Numbered from the whole stretch's first letter, positions 37,141-51,153 are shown. The stretch is DNA of 61,131 nt, filler included, from Rhabdomonas costata (GCA_019059605.1; 14 parts of 14 records of this genome joined end to end with filler, not necessarily neighbours in it); one strand, 5' to 3'. Notes: a model not told the origin generated them from the letters alone. A program made the numbers and translations.

Positions 37141-39289
37141 TTTCGAAAGGTTTGGTTCCGTACGGCCCTCGAAACGCCATTGGCGTACAATGTGGTTGTT
37201 GGGCAGGCCTTCTCCACTTCTGTGCCCACTGCTGGAGGTTGGAAGACGTCTCTGGTGATGCCTGTTGTGGCGCCTGTGCGGCGGCGCGGGGCTGGCGCTG
37301 TGATTGCGGTGGCTGCGACGTTCTTTGATCTTGTGCTCGTGGAGCGCTCCCTTGAAGAGGTGTGCCTTTGCCGCAGCGGCCTCGTCTTTTTTGCACCCTA
37401 TCCTTTTTTGTTGTCCATAGTTTGTGCTGTAATCTGTGAAACGTTTGGTTCGTCAGTGATGTTCTTTGTTTTATTTTTGAATGCCTCAAAAAGCTCTCGA
37501 AGGGCTTACGTACTCTGTGCTGATGTGCTGGTGGATTTTACATTTTTGCATTCGCTTTATTTGGTGGCTGCTATTGCATGGGGGGGGGGCAGGTGATTAA
37601 ACTTGATTTATGGATTCCATTGCTGTGCGCCCCACATCAATTCCTTGAGCAAACGAACGAAGTGCTGCTTTTACTTCCCAGCGACCGGGAGCGTGCGTTG
37701 CTGCCTTAATATTATGGAGCACCGAGGGTGGGGGTGAGACGGGCAATTGTGACAACGAGTCAATGCTTGAGAAGCCGGACGGAAGTTGCGGCAGACTGAC
37801 CCTCGGCTGTCTGGGTAGTTGTACTGACTAGGCGTGCCGGGAAGCAGTTTTAGCCGAACGGACCGGGTCGTTTTTGGAATTCTCGCGACTACAATTAAAT
37901 GCAGTATTAATGGAACTTTTAATAGACTGTTTTAAGGGTTGACTGCGCTGGGGGAGACTGTTTTGTCCAACAGGGGGCATAGTTGCACGTGTCACGGCTG
38001 CTGCATTTCGTTGCCGTATCTCTATTCATCCAGGCGTGCAGGGCATATCACGCTGCTTGTGGATCGATGCATGGATCGATCGAGGTGCTCGAAGTCGGCT
38101 CGGATAAATGGTCCGGGTGCTAGCGTCCGGATGAAGTGGTTTGAGGGACAGTTTGTTGATATTTCGAGTGGTGGTGACACCTTACACAACATTCTCCCCT
38201 CGTTAGGCGAAAGAATGGATCAAAAAAGAGCGTGATAAGTTTTACCTAATAGCGTAATAAAAAAGAGCGTAATAAGTGTTACCTCCCAGCCGCAGCTTGC
38301 AAGGGATATGCTGAAGCGATAGTATGGTCACAGTTGTCTGTCTGTCCGCTCGTTACCTCAAAACGTCAGAACAAGGATGCATTAAATCATGCGTTTTTGC
38401 ACTTCGAGCGAATTCGGGTGGGGAAAAAAACTGGGTTCCAGTGCATATCGGTTGTGCTTGTTTTTAACGCAGATTTCGGACCTTCTACTGTCACATATTA
38501 CTTTTGAGGTAACACATAGTTGGGCATAGTTTACTGTGCCACACTCAACTGCACGCAACTGAACGTGCATAACCTCTGACTACGGACAGTCACAACGTTG
38601 CAGACACACACACCATACGCATATTGGAGTCAATCTTCTTTTCTGTTTGGGCCTTTGTGTTGCTCAATAGCTGACCAAGGCCATTTTTCCAGGCACGGTG
38701 ATCTTCGTGGTGGATGCCCAAACCGGGCAATTGGNNNNNNNNNNNNNNNNNNNNNNNNNNNNNNNNNNNNNNNNNNNNTTAATTAATTAANNNNNNNNNN
38801 NNNNNNNNNNNNNNNNNNNNNNNNNNNNNNNNNNGGAAGGGATCTGCGGCTTCGCGTTATCCAAACTTGAACTCGGAAAAGATGACTGCCTCATGCTCCC
38901 TGTGGAAGTCGGGCTTGGAGGCGTGGAGACATCTGCCATCCTGGGAAACGAAGGAATTCTGGGTCGACTGCTTCTGGACAGTAAATGTAATCTGTAACCT
39001 CGGCCTCCTCTTCCCGTGTATCATCGGCCTCTAAACGACAACCTTCCTCTGGAAAAAGTCACACTCCTCCTATCTACTACTGTGTAAGATTGTGATTGGC
39101 TCGCTGCTGCTGCTCCATGCTCTGGAATAAGGATACCGTTTGTGTTATAAAAGTCTGCTCAATCTGTGGTGCGGGGGCTGCGCTCGGCTTTAGAAGTGGC
39201 GGGTTTCTTGACATCAACTCGGAACCCACATCTGGAACTGGCCTGACCTCCACTCATGGGGAATGAGATTAAACTGCCCATCTGAAATC

Positions 39290-41280
39290 AACCCAACCGT
39301 CACATGAACCCTGTGGACTCGGTGCAGAACTCTGAAACTTTCATGCATTCTGTACATGGTTATTCCACACAGGCCACAGGCTATTCCTGCCTCGCTGCTA
39401 CCACAAGCTCTCAAAGACGCGGATCCGAAGTAAGATCTTTATGGCCTTGGGAATTTCAAAAGACTTTTGCAACCACTTGTGAACAGAGTAGACCCCAGCT
39501 GCCACGTGTCACACTCCAACGATATTGCTGGAACACTTACATGGATCCTACTAATCCGGAGGTTGTGATGCCTCTGGATCCTGCTCGCGTTGTACTGTAT
39601 CCCGACATTTCTTGCACAATGCGGGCGCTGCCTCGACTTATCTAGGTGACTTGCACCTAGACCGGGGCTTCCATTCTTCACTTCCCTGGGGTCGCTGTGG
39701 AGCTGCTTTCATCGAGCGTCGCCTTTTTGAAATGGGGGTGGCACCGACAACTTGTCTTCACCAAACAGGTTTGGAATCTGGAAACCTTTGTTGGCACAGC
39801 TTAAGCAAATGAGGTGGAATAGGTGGAATGTGGAGATGCACGTGTGGATCTGGGAGGCTGCTCTGGACACAGATGGTGTAGAATTGTCGTGTAGTGCCTT
39901 ATGGATCACACCTTCTGGGTTGTTGGAGGGGTTCCGCTGGGCGGGTCTCGCTGATCATGCCTTTTCCCGGTCTCCACACAAAGGGGATACTGTATAAGGG
40001 GCACACGACTTAACACACACCATGTCCTGTGTAAACTCTGCACCCCCACACTCTCTGCAAACTCTAACACCCCACGGTACACTCTCCAGAGCCATCCTGG
40101 TATCCGCTCGGCTCTGGCCTGCGGCTCTGCTGTGGTTCTTTAGGGCACCTCTGTAACAACGAAAGGCGAAATTAACGAGGAAAACACTCTGGAAAACAAG
40201 CGAACTGGCGACTTTTGGATTTCCTGAACGCCTATTGTAAAATTCGAAATCCTAGACAAAAGAATGGACCCTAACATTTCTAACTGCCGCTGTGTAATGC
40301 ACATCACCCTTTTAGTCTTCTACGCCTGCATCCGCTTGTCTGTAAAAACTCCTCTTAAATCTAGGCCTCATCGTTTCTTTCACCTGTAGAAACTCTGAAA
40401 AACGCTGCGGATGCATCCTTCCTCCTCTGAAAAACTCCGAAACTTACCACCTGAATCGCTCCAGTGCAGTCATTCCACTTCCATGCGGCCTCCATCCAAT
40501 GGCCTGGCACTCTGTCTCACCCGTGGTCTTCCACCACTGTCATTCTTTCGGCCATCCGTTTCTCACCTGGCCCTACCATGCTCTACTCACTCGCCCAGCT
40601 GTGTGTATGTAGCCATACCTAGCATTTTTCCAGGAGATTTATCACGAGAGGATGAGATTCGACTTCCGTCTCCGCTCACCTTATCGTACATCTGGAATAT
40701 CTGTGAAACCTCTGTAAACTTGTCTCTGGAAACATCTTGATGTCATGGCTGTAATGAGGAACAATTGGGACATGGTCAGTTAGACGCTGATAGAACGTCC
40801 ATAGAGACGGCAACCTCCAATTACGCGTGACGGTTCAGCTCTGAAAAACTGTTGAATATCACCTGTGTAAACTCGCCCTCTGGAACATTGCTGCACCAGA
40901 TCTCCTTCCACCCACCTTACAACACGCAACACGTTCTGAAAACACTTCACATACCACCTGGGAACAGCACGCAACATCTGGAATCACAATTCACACAGCA
41001 CATCGCTGTAATCAGTCACAAAACCTGATCTCTTATCAACACCATCTGTGTAAAGTATATTCCATCTCTGAAACTCTCCTGCTCTGTGCAAATTTCTAGA
41101 ACATCAACCATGTGGGGGTTCAAAAAATGTTAGGTACTTGCTCAGCAAGTTTTCTCCGCTCCATGGCTTCTGTGGAATGGACCTCCTCTTTTTCGAGGTA
41201 AAAGTGTCTGATAAACTTCTGGTACCGGTAAACCATGGCAACCCATACAATGGAAATACATGCACTCGACCACGACACAG
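39290..41280 (-). mobile_element. Highly decayed Ty3/Gypsy pol relic
   Basis: On minus, in RT-RH-INT order: RVYTGDI (~40870, YxDD-like), PRFKRSFYRQADAG (~40370-40325, PDF..PF.LQTDAS-like), IPKAI...FESLW and TESTGFM*RL (~39455-39295, integrase-core-like). Many stops. Confidence 0.5.
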
Positions 41281-41304
41281 TGGTCCAGCAGGGGACCCGG
41301 ATAG

Positions 41305-42131
41305 TGACAAACAGGCCGTTTATTGATGCGCGGCTTGATGGGGGGCCGCCCGAACGAACCCGCCCTGGAAAGCACCTTTCCGTGAACTGGCGTGTGCGGG
41401 CAGAAGCCAGGTTGATAGGCCGTGGTTGAGCCGAATGAAACGAAGCACAGCTTTGAGGGTCGGAAGTAAACCCCCTACGGACGGCGGGACCGAATGCCGG
41501 TCATCGTTACCAGTTTGCGTCCTTCTTCCGCGAAAAAGATTGGACCGACAATGCCCCACGGGGCCACCCAGCACTCACATGTGGGGATTGCCTTCGGCGA
41601 AAAGCTACCGCGTGGGGTTGTTTAGCCCCCGCGCTCATCCACGTGGGCCTTATAGGAACGAAGAAACCGACCGAATCTACGTCGACATATGCAAGGGGCA
41701 AAACCGCTGGCGTCTGGCATTATCCCATCTGCGGTGCCGTTGGTCCAGCTGAAGCTTGTAAGGGAACAAGCCCAGTTGGTGTCTGCTGGCCCGGTGGACC
41801 GTGGTACGGGGTATCCCGGTGCTGGGCCGTGGGCGGCGCTGGGGCTTCAGGGACCATATGGTGGCGGGTGTGAGCCGGTGGGGTCGCCGACGGTCCTGGT
41901 GCCTTAGCAGACGCCCTGTCTCCTCAAGCACCCGGGACCATCAGGTAATGGTCTGGGCAGGAGGCGCTTTACGCCTGAGCGGACGGCACCATCTCGACAT
42001 CGCAGCCGCTGTCGCTGAATTTTGGCACCGCGTGTCCGCGTTGCCGAAACACGGCCGAGAGAGAGACCCGAGACACGACCGATCTACACACAGACCCATA
42101 CCAGAAACCATGTGCATTTCAAAATCCGTCA
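41305..42131 (-). mobile_element. LTR-like segment (TGAC...GTCA)
   Basis: 4-bp terminal inverted repeat. On minus, a TATAA near 41650 and AATAAA at 41324-41319 close to the CA end. GC-rich and non-coding, abutting the Gypsy relic. No clear TSD. Confidence 0.3.
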
Positions 42132-42427
42132 GATGACTTCCAGGCCTAATATATAGCCAATGCCGCATGGAACCCACGGCTCCTAACTATAACAGCAGCA
42201 CCATCTTAATGAAAGCTGTCAGCTGTGCCAATAAATCGTCCCAAGTTTGTGCAATGCGCAAACAACAAGGAATTTGGACACCGTGCAATCCAAGCGGTAA
42301 GAAGCGCAGTCCACTCGGAGAACCACCCCATGTGGCTGCGAAGGTAAAACAATGCAATGCGCACAGAGCACATCAAGTTCGGCACAACGAGACTGTACAG
42401 AGTCGGCTTCCAAACCAAAGCAACAGC

Positions 42428-42750
42428 TCAGCCGTATGCCAGCGTGGGGCAGTACGTCACCTGAAGCACGTCCCCGCACCGGAACAGTGCCCACAGATCC
42501 CCCACGGTTTGCTCGGGGGTCGGGGCGAAGGTGTTGTTTAAGAATAGGAACAGAGAGTCTGAGGGCTGCAGCACCCCAGCCAGCTGCTTCCTCAGGCTGG
42601 CCATGATAAAGGAAAATGGGTGACCCTTGGCTACGAGGAAGACCTTTTGCTTCAGCTCCACCGCACCGACCCCAGCAACCATGCGGACTTTCACCTTCGC
42701 AGGCACCGCCGTGCATTCCTCCCTCGGGGGGACAACCTCTGGTGCCGGGC
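42428..42750 (-). CDS. ATG12: Ubiquitin-like protein ATG12 (terminal exon)
   Basis: KVKVRMVAGVGAVELKQKVF...LRKQL...DSLFLFLNNTFAPTPEQTVGDLWALF...LQVTYCPTLAYG-stop. The C-terminal Gly is exposed. Confidence 0.9.
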
Positions 42751-43124
42751 CTGACCAAAGCAAAAATAAACAGGCAAGGGGAGAGACCATGATGTGAAAA
42801 AAGCCTTCGCGGGCGGCAATTAGGTACCCATACCAAAATTCAACACCTATCGAGTTCATCAGGCAATCTCTCCCCTCACGGTTCTTCAACACACAACAAA
42901 GAACACTGGGTGAATTACCCGGAACGAGGACACTGCATCTTGTTGGATGTGTATATGCATGTGTGTAGGAAACGTTTACCGTGTATAACAATTTGTCGTT
43001 GCTAAAGGTTTCCTACACACACACNNNNNNNNNNNNNNNNNNNNNNNNNNNNNNNNNNNNNNNNNNNNTTAATTAATTAANNNNNNNNNNNNNNNNNNNN
43101 NNNNNNNNNNNNNNNNNNNNNNNN

Positions 43125-45819
43125 CGCGACCTGAAGCTGGAGAACGTGCTTGTGCAGGAGGACCCCGAGAGCGGGCAGCTGCGTGCCAAGGTTCAGTGTT
43201 TTTCGCAACTTAGCTTTCGCCTCTAGTGTGCTCTACGCCGAATGACCACCCTTTGCCACCAGCATTGTATGGTCTGCATGACTGACTTCCTGAACGTAGC
43301 ACTCCGCACGGTCCCTCCTCCGCATCACCCCGTCCCGCATTGTCTCCAGCGTCCCTACGGCACCGGAATCGGCTCCAGCTGAAGCGCAAATGAAGTCCGC
43401 AGTTTGGGCCGTAATCTGTTGTGCTTGCCCCCCCTCCCCGGCAGTGTTTAACTTGGCATGGCTGGCCATGACGTGGATAAGCGACTCTACACAAAATTGT
43501 TACATCAAAATATCAGAATGAATGTGCGACAAGATATGGTGTTATTGGGACATTTTTACGCCAAACTTCTGAGCGTCATGCCCCTCTTCCCTCCTACAAT
43601 GTCCCCAAGCGCCCAACACCAATGCAGATATACGTAGATGACACCGAAACGTGGGAATGAGTTTATGCATCACTGAAGCTTAGGGTGCCTGTTTGCGTTT
43701 ATGTTTACGTCTCAACGCATAACATGTTCCTCGTCCTCTGACGTTGGCGCATGTGCGAATGTGCATGTTTGTGGAAGCGGGGTGGCTTCGCGGCTATCAG
43801 ATTATCGACTTTGGGTTGGCAAAGTTCCTCCGCGAGCCGATGTCTCTGAACAACCCTCGGTGCCCGTACGCCTCCAGCGTCTTCGATGTGTCCAGCAGTT
43901 CCGATGAGTCTGTTGAGGAGTATGTCTGTGGTGTGGCGGGTGTGGCGGGTGTGTCGATTTGCTATCGCCCATTTGAATTTCAACACAAACTTACTGCCTG
44001 GTCCGCGAAACCAAAACACAGTGGAGGTTGGAGCTCACTGGAGCGAAAGAGTGCTGCTGTGGTTGTTCTGCAGTGGGCTTAATTTCCCTGCCTTACAGAA
44101 TTTTCCATGGTCGATGAGCCCTCCCCGGCCCCCATCACTACTGTTTTCGTTGATCTTTAGTAGGGGCGAGTCGGCGTTCTGTCCCTGCCTTCTTTTTCCA
44201 TACGTCGCGCACCGTGCCAATGCAAAATATGGTCCTCTCTCTGTTCCCGTCTCTTCTTGTGTTTATTCGCGACGCCTGGATTTGGAGTTTGCCATACCTG
44301 CGTGCTTACCTTCCCAAATGGCTGCCAAAATGACTGTATGAGGCAGACCTTCTGCCCCCTGCTGACCCTTTCACATTCCGGGGGGTGGGTCCTCATTTGA
44401 ATGGCAGTAGCCAAGGAGTTGTCCTTACCAGCCATGAGCCCAGCTTCCAGGGTTAAAGAACTCCTTTCCGTATCGAAACCATATATCTGTGTGCAAATGA
44501 GGATGTGTGTATCAGGATCTTTTTTTTTGCTGTTGTTGGGGGTCAGGCTTGCTTCTAGTGACTCCGGGCTTCTCCCGGACACCCCCGTGGGCACCAAGTG
44601 GTACGTTGACGTGCACGCCCTGCAGCCGCTCAGAGCCTACGCAACTCGGCTGGCAACGCGGAAAGACCTTCGCAAGGTGCGGGGGCTCCTCATGGTCTAT
44701 CGGCTCCGCCCAGGAGCCTTGCTAAGGCTGAGCATCCCCTTGCAAACCCAAACCCCCCCGAGTATACCTCGCCGACTGCGACCGAAGTAACTCGTTTTCC
44801 CCAGCCTTCGATGTTGAAAAGGACGTGAGATTGCAGTGGTGCTTTCCTGCGGGACTTGGTTATAATGGTGACCTTCTTTCTTCTTCGTTGGTCGCGTGTA
44901 TCGTGAATAGGAACGGGCTCCACAGATGCTGTTTCTTGCCATTCATGCAAAAAAAATCAGCAAGCATATGTGTTCAGGTAGCCGCCGGGAAAAAGCTCGT
45001 TTTCGTTTGTTGGCTGAATGCTGTAGTCCCTTCCCTCCAATAGATTCAGCTCTAACATTCCAGTGAATATGGCCCGGGTCATGTTAAATTGAGAGTTGGA
45101 GCAGATTCAGAATCTACATCCGTCAAGAATGAACATTCGCCAGAAAAATGGGTTTTGGCGGCGTCCATTGGAGACCTAACGGACACTTGTCTTGCACCGC
45201 TTGGCACGGATTCTGTGATCCGTACTTTGGACTGCTCCCACTCGGTAATTCATGCAATATGGTATGTGAGGGATTTGGCCCCGTGCAGAAGACTAAGCTC
45301 CCTCTAAGCTAAGAAAGGCTTGTCGGCTGGTGTTTCTTGAGTACAGAAGTCAAAACATGAGCATCCCAAGCTTGAGGATACCTCGCCATCCGCAGCAGTA
45401 AAGACCGGTTATTTTTGTTATTTTTCCAACCAAAACTGCCCCCCCTCCCTAAGGCAAAGCGCTTCCTTTTCGTGATCTTTCTCAAACTCTCACTTTTGAG
45501 GTGCCGCGGGTAATATTATGTCCATCGTTGCTCAACTCTACTTTTTGCTTCCGGTGTTTTTGGGAATTTCCAGCTGGACATCTTCTCCGTGGGTGTCATC
45601 ACGTACGTCATGCTCACGGGCTATTTTCCGTTCCCCTCGGAGGACCCCAAGACGCACGCCTGTGGTATCCTGGAGGGGGTGAAGTTCCCCAGCACGTTGG
45701 CGGACCAGACCAGTGCCCAGGCCAAGGAGTTCCTTCGCGCGCTTCTGCGCCCGGAGCGGACGCTTCGGCCCTCGGCCCAGGAGTGCCTGCAGATGCCCTG
45801 GCTGACGGTCCAGGCTTAA
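43125..45819 (+). CDS. Ser/Thr protein kinase, CAMK-like, 5' partial
   Basis: Exons 43125-43190 (RDLKLENVL), 43801-43919 (IIDFGLAK), 44559-44676 (TPVGTKWY) and 45574-45819 (DIFSVGVITYVMLTGYFPF...AKEFLRALL...RPSAQECLQMPWL, TAA). Confidence 0.92.
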
Positions 45820-47736
45820 ATCAGGTTGGAGCCCTGGCGTGTAATTTTTGGAAAGGTTTACATTCGTATCGCCGCCCCTTATTACCATACCATTGATCGC
45901 CTTGTTGCTTTGTTGGGGAAGATCCTCCGCGCTTGACTTTCACCGAAAATGAAGCCAGGAATGGTTGGTAGTTGAGCGGCCACCGATGCTGCCACTTGCC
46001 ACTGAGGAGGAGTGCGGTTTTCGTTCCATCAGTGGCTGGGTGATTCGATGCTCTGAGCAGGTCGACTTTCGACACGGGGCACAGTGGCGGCTTACACGTG
46101 GGCATAGATAGCATGAGCATTTGGCCTGTTCCAAATCGGGTATCTTAATAACAGGCGAGACTAATTTCAGTGAGCTAGAAACGGTGACTGCCCCGGGGGT
46201 GGGGGTGGGGCTTCAGGGTTGTCATGACGCTCTCGTTGCACACCTCAAAGAGCTTTCGACCAACCTCACCAAAGCTTGGCTTTGCCGTAAAGCGTTTTTG
46301 GTGTGCTTTTTTTGTGTTGTTCGTGTTGTTCGTGTTGTTCGTGTAGGAGTCCTCGCGATTGGGTTTTCCTTTCCTCTTTTGCTTTGCGTAGGAAAAGGAT
46401 GATGTGCTTTGCGGGCCGCGCGTTTTGTTCGCTTTCGCAATTTTCCATGCGCCACATATGACCGAGGCGCACTGGTCTGACGCTTTGCTTTCACTTTCCC
46501 TGCACGGGCTGCTCTGCAGCTGTTGCATGCAGTGCGAAAGTGCGTGCTTCTGCATTGCGTCGGTTTGTGTGTGTCTGTTTACTCCATCTTACAGCATTTT
46601 TTGCTATTCTTTGCGTCACTGTGTGTGTTTAGGTTTAGCGCGTTTTTTCTGTAAGGTGGTTGTCTGTGTGCGTGCGCTTTGCAAGGAAGTTCAATAACGC
46701 TTGTCCTCCGGTATGTCTCGACGAACCACAGTGTCACAACTTTATTTCTTTGTTTGACATACCCTTCCTATCGCAGCTGCTTCTCGGCTTAGAGCCCGTG
46801 AAAATTCTTTTGTTTGTCTGAATTGTCAGTTGGGTACCTGAGTTTGGGCCAGGAATTTCAACTCAAGAGGAATGCGTATATAACGAAACGTTTGGAGCAT
46901 ACCAACAGAAATGCCCAAATACAAAAGCACAAGGATGGGATTCGTTATTTCTTGTCGTGGTTTTGGCCGCAGTGGGGGAGCAGAAAAAAATGATTCCAGC
47001 CACATCCTTTGGACCTCGTGCCCATGCATGCCTGTCCAGATGGGGTGGGGATTTCGGGGTGCGAGCTGTACTGTACCGCAGTTGGGAGTTGAGCAATACT
47101 GGATGGAAGAACGGAAAGGCGAGGCGAAAGGGGTAGCGGACCTCTCTGCAGCCTTATACATTATTATGTGCGGTTTGTCAATGCATTTTAAATTGGTTTT
47201 CCACCGTAGGCTTTCGCTGATTGCAGAGAAAGGCAGCAGCATTAGGAAGAAACCCTTCATTTGGCTGAATTGCTCACGCCCTCAGGTATTTCGATGATGC
47301 CTATGCATCTTAAAACAACCCNNNNNNNNNNNNNNNNNNNNNNNNNNNNNNNNNNNNNNNNNNNNTTAATTAATTAANNNNNNNNNNNNNNNNNNNNNNN
47401 NNNNNNNNNNNNNNNNNNNNNTGTGGGGTGTCTCAGACGGGTTTCATGCCCCCGAAGAAAATACGAGACTACAGCAATGCTTCGCCAACTTCTTGCGAAA
47501 CCTCTTGAGTGAAAAATAATGTTTGCTGCTGTCCTCTTCTTTGTTTCTTTCAGTCAAGTTACATTTTGCAATTGGTTGTGGTGTAGTTCGTTAACCGTAA
47601 TGTTAATAGAAATCTGAAAATTCGTTTTGCAACCTCTATGCAGAACCTTGATAGTGCCTCATTTTTTGCATCCTACCCTTGTGTTTTGTGGTGAGCTTTT
47701 TCGTCGGCCATCGACCACCTGGGATTCTTGTCCACC

Positions 47737-50700
47737 ATGCTGCCCAAACGCGGGGGCTTGGCCCCGAAGACGCTGAAGGAGATAATGGAGCGGAGGAAGG
47801 TCGAGGAGGAGGCGCGGCGGAAGGATTGGAAGGAGCAGCGGCGGAAGGTTGATGAAGCCGCGGCGAGGGAGCTCAAGAAGCGCGAAGCGGAGGAGCTGGT
47901 GAAGGAGGATGCCCGGAGGCAGAAGGAAGCCGCGAAGAAGGCCAAGGTCAAGCCATCACACACGCACGCACATACACACCGTTGTGGTATGGGAAGGGAG
48001 GTCCCGATCCCCAGGCGATGGAGCACCATATTATCCTTCAGGCTACAATGGAGTACAGTAGAGGTTGTGACCGTTTTCCGGGAGTGTGATCTCACCCTAC
48101 TATCAAAAGTAGGATGACTTTTGATGCACACACACACACGACTCTAACGAAGGCACCTCCCGCTAGCACCCGTCAGCATATCGCGTCGCAAGTTTTTTAG
48201 AACTCCACCATCACACGAGCCCACCTCACCCAGAGCTCAGGCGGACAGTGAAGAAGATTACTGCCGCTGCTTGTGCTATCAAATGGTGAGGCTGCTCTGT
48301 GCGTGTTTGCCGTGGGTTGCGTTCTGGACTGTCTGGACGCACGGTGGACGCACCGTTAGGCAGCTGGCGAATGCCTGTGGGTCGAAGGGGGGATATCATG
48401 TGTACAGTGGATCTGCGTCGGGAAAACCACACACATACACACCAAACTCTTAGTTGTGTGAAAGATGGCGAGAGATTGGAAGCAAGAGCAAGTGTTCCAC
48501 CGTAAAATGGGGAGCGAATCCCGATCGCCAGGTGGAGGTCCACTTTGGGCATGAAATCCTGGACGTGCCTTTTTATGCCCCATGCGTCAGTAGGCAAAAA
48601 CGTTTCCTTCCACAGGGTAACATTATTCTGGGAGCGCCCATTGACATAACCCCAGGTCGTTCAGGTCGTTCACATACACAGACACATATGACTGAAAGGG
48701 AAGGGAACCGTATAATCGCTTCCTGGCTGAACCCAGCATTGTTATCTGCAAAAAAAAACTTCAGTCCATTGTGCATTCGATGCACTCAGCCATTTCCTTG
48801 GTCGAGGGGGACTTGAACGCGAGCTTCGTACCCAGCACGGCCGCATTGGATCAATTCCGAACTCTCAAGAACGGCACTGGGAGCTGCTTGTAGCTCACAC
48901 CCAGAAAGAGAGAGAGAGAGAGATCGGACGTGTTCTGTTGCGCCATCAATGCCGTGTGCGGGGGGCCTGAAAAGGTGGATTTAGGGACGTTCGTCAGCGC
49001 CAAGCAGAAGCAAGAGCTCAAGGAGCAGGAGGACCGCCTGGTGGAACTCGCCGCCCAGGGCCTGGTCACTCTGAAAGAAGACCAGAAGACCCCCGAGCTG
49101 CTTGCCAAGGTGGAGGCGGAGAAAGAGAAGCTGATGCGTGAGAAGGACAGGATCGCGAACAAGGCCCGGGAGAAGGAGAAGGTGAAGGAGAAGGAGCGCG
49201 AGAAGGAGAAGGAGCTGGAGCGCCAACAGGTCCTTGTCGTCATCCCACCTGTCTATCCACTCCCTGTCCCTGATGCTCTCTGCTCAGAAGTTCCCTTAGA
49301 ATAAGAGGGATTTCCGGGCGTGGTTGTTGATATCAGTGCAGTTGATATGTCCGGCTTTTCTCAGGATGGGTCCTTCCGGGCTCCGATTTGCTGTGTGCTG
49401 GGGCACGTCGACACGGGAAAAACGATGCTCCTCGACAAGATCAGGTTTGCTTTGCCGCCTCCCTTCACCACCTTTCACTACCTGTGCTGTGCAAGAGTGT
49501 CCCGTTTTCGTGGCGCACACAAAGAAGGAAATGTCATGTCTCTCTGCTCTTGTTTCTTTTTTCTTGTTCTTCTTTCCCCGACTGAGTCCTAAGGGTGGCT
49601 GCTGCTGGTGGGTTTTTGTACATATATTTGTGGGTGCCAGCGATAAACCCTCCGCTGCCCTGGGGAAGGAAGAGCCACCAAGCACGGGTGGGTACCGCCC
49701 TGAGGTTGCAAGGACTGGCCACGCAGCGTTTCGGGAGGCCCACACTACATAGAAAAGACCACAAGTCGTCTCGTTATGCTGCCAAAATGGTTGCTGTTTT
49801 GATTTCCTCTCGGTCTGTCTTGATTTGAATCGGGCATGGTGCTCCTTGAGGGGCTTTCACCACAAGCCCTCTGAGCACAGACCCTCCGGAGATCTCCGGA
49901 TTCTCTTTATCTCTCTCTCGCCGCTCTCGCCCTGGCGGTCGGCATCCGTCCGATATACCGATGCGGGGTTCACCGCGGCTGCTCTCCTGCAGCCCAGCCG
50001 CAGCACCCGGCACCGCTCACCCCGCCTGGCCCCTCAATACCAACGGGCATCAGCAGCAGCTCGCTCGGTTCAGCCTCAATCCTCTCTCGCTCAACAGCCG
50101 TCCTATCAGCACGGCACCACCACCAAGAAGTTATCCGAACAGCGGGCTGCGGAGAGCCCGCCAAGGGAAATCGGCCACATGCGCAGGTGTTTCCGCTGCA
50201 GGGCAAGACGTTCCACATAATTACGTGAGAGGCACTCCCCAATGAACAAGGCCTTCCGCTGCAACAGCATCTTCACCCCTGCACTAGCCTGCCCCTCAAA
50301 GAGGTCGTCGCCCTTTGGTAGGGCTGACTCACTTCAGCCGGTTTGCATGCGGCAGGCTCGGGCACCACATTCAGCACTCCTCCCTCTCTTCCTCCCTCAC
50401 TCCCTCTCTGCTCCCCTTTTTCAGACAGACCAACGTGCAGTCCGGAGAGGCCGGTGGAATTACCCAGCAGATCGGGGCCACCTTCTTCCCCATCGAGACC
50501 ATCTTGAAGAAGACGGAGTGCCTCAATGAGGAGATGACGCTCGCTTACCGGATTCCAGGGCTGCTGATTATCGACACTCCAGGCCATGCGACCTTTACCA
50601 ACCTTCGCAAACGGGGATCCAGTGTGCCACGAAAACCTCACCACCGCCCCACAAACACACACACTCTCACACGCAGCAACAACTCTTATTGATATGCAAC

Positions 50701-50982
50701 GTGTGGCGCAGTGTGAACCGCAGCAGTAGCATCGCCATCAATAGCATCGCTAACATTGGCGAAGGCCCAATCGCACGCGCAAAGTGGTCACATGAGTTCT
50801 GTGACGATTTCGAACGTGGTGCTTCGAATGTGTGTGTGTGTGGCTGTGTTTCTTCTGTGGTAGGTTTGTGCGACATTGCGATCCTCGTTGTTGACATTAT
50901 GCACGGGTTGGAGCTCCAGACCAAGGAGGCCATTCGCCTGCTGTGCGAGCAGGAGCGCCCCTTCATCGTGGCCCTGAATAAG
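47737..50982 (+). CDS. EIF5B: Translation initiation factor eIF5B (3' partial)
   Basis: Exons 47737-47946, 48975-49229, 49365-49444, 50425-50621 and 50864-50982. Motifs [83 protein letters not shown]. Confidence 0.96.
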
Positions 50983-51107
50983 GTTTCATTTTCCTCTTAT
51001 CTCTCTGCAACTATGGCGGAATTCACGAGATTAATTTTTGTGGTGGTTACTCTTTAGTCCTACTGGAGTGCGCACGCGGGGCGAAAAAAAAAGAACCATT
51101 GAACAAC

Positions 51108-51153
51108 TGATTACACTCACTGATTACACTCACTAATCTTGATTACACTCACT
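51108..51153. repeat. 3 x TGATTACACTCAC minisatellite
   Basis: Seen directly; intronic in eIF5B. Confidence 0.85.

Noticed and set aside
38222..38284. Two ~26-nt direct repeats resembling CRISPR
   Set aside because: Only two imperfect copies, the short spacer is related to the repeat, the context is eukaryotic and there are no cas genes.
47947..48974. Apparent phase clash in eIF5B intron 1
   Set aside because: The acceptor aaag|gtg gat tta gives an in-frame GT-AG join.
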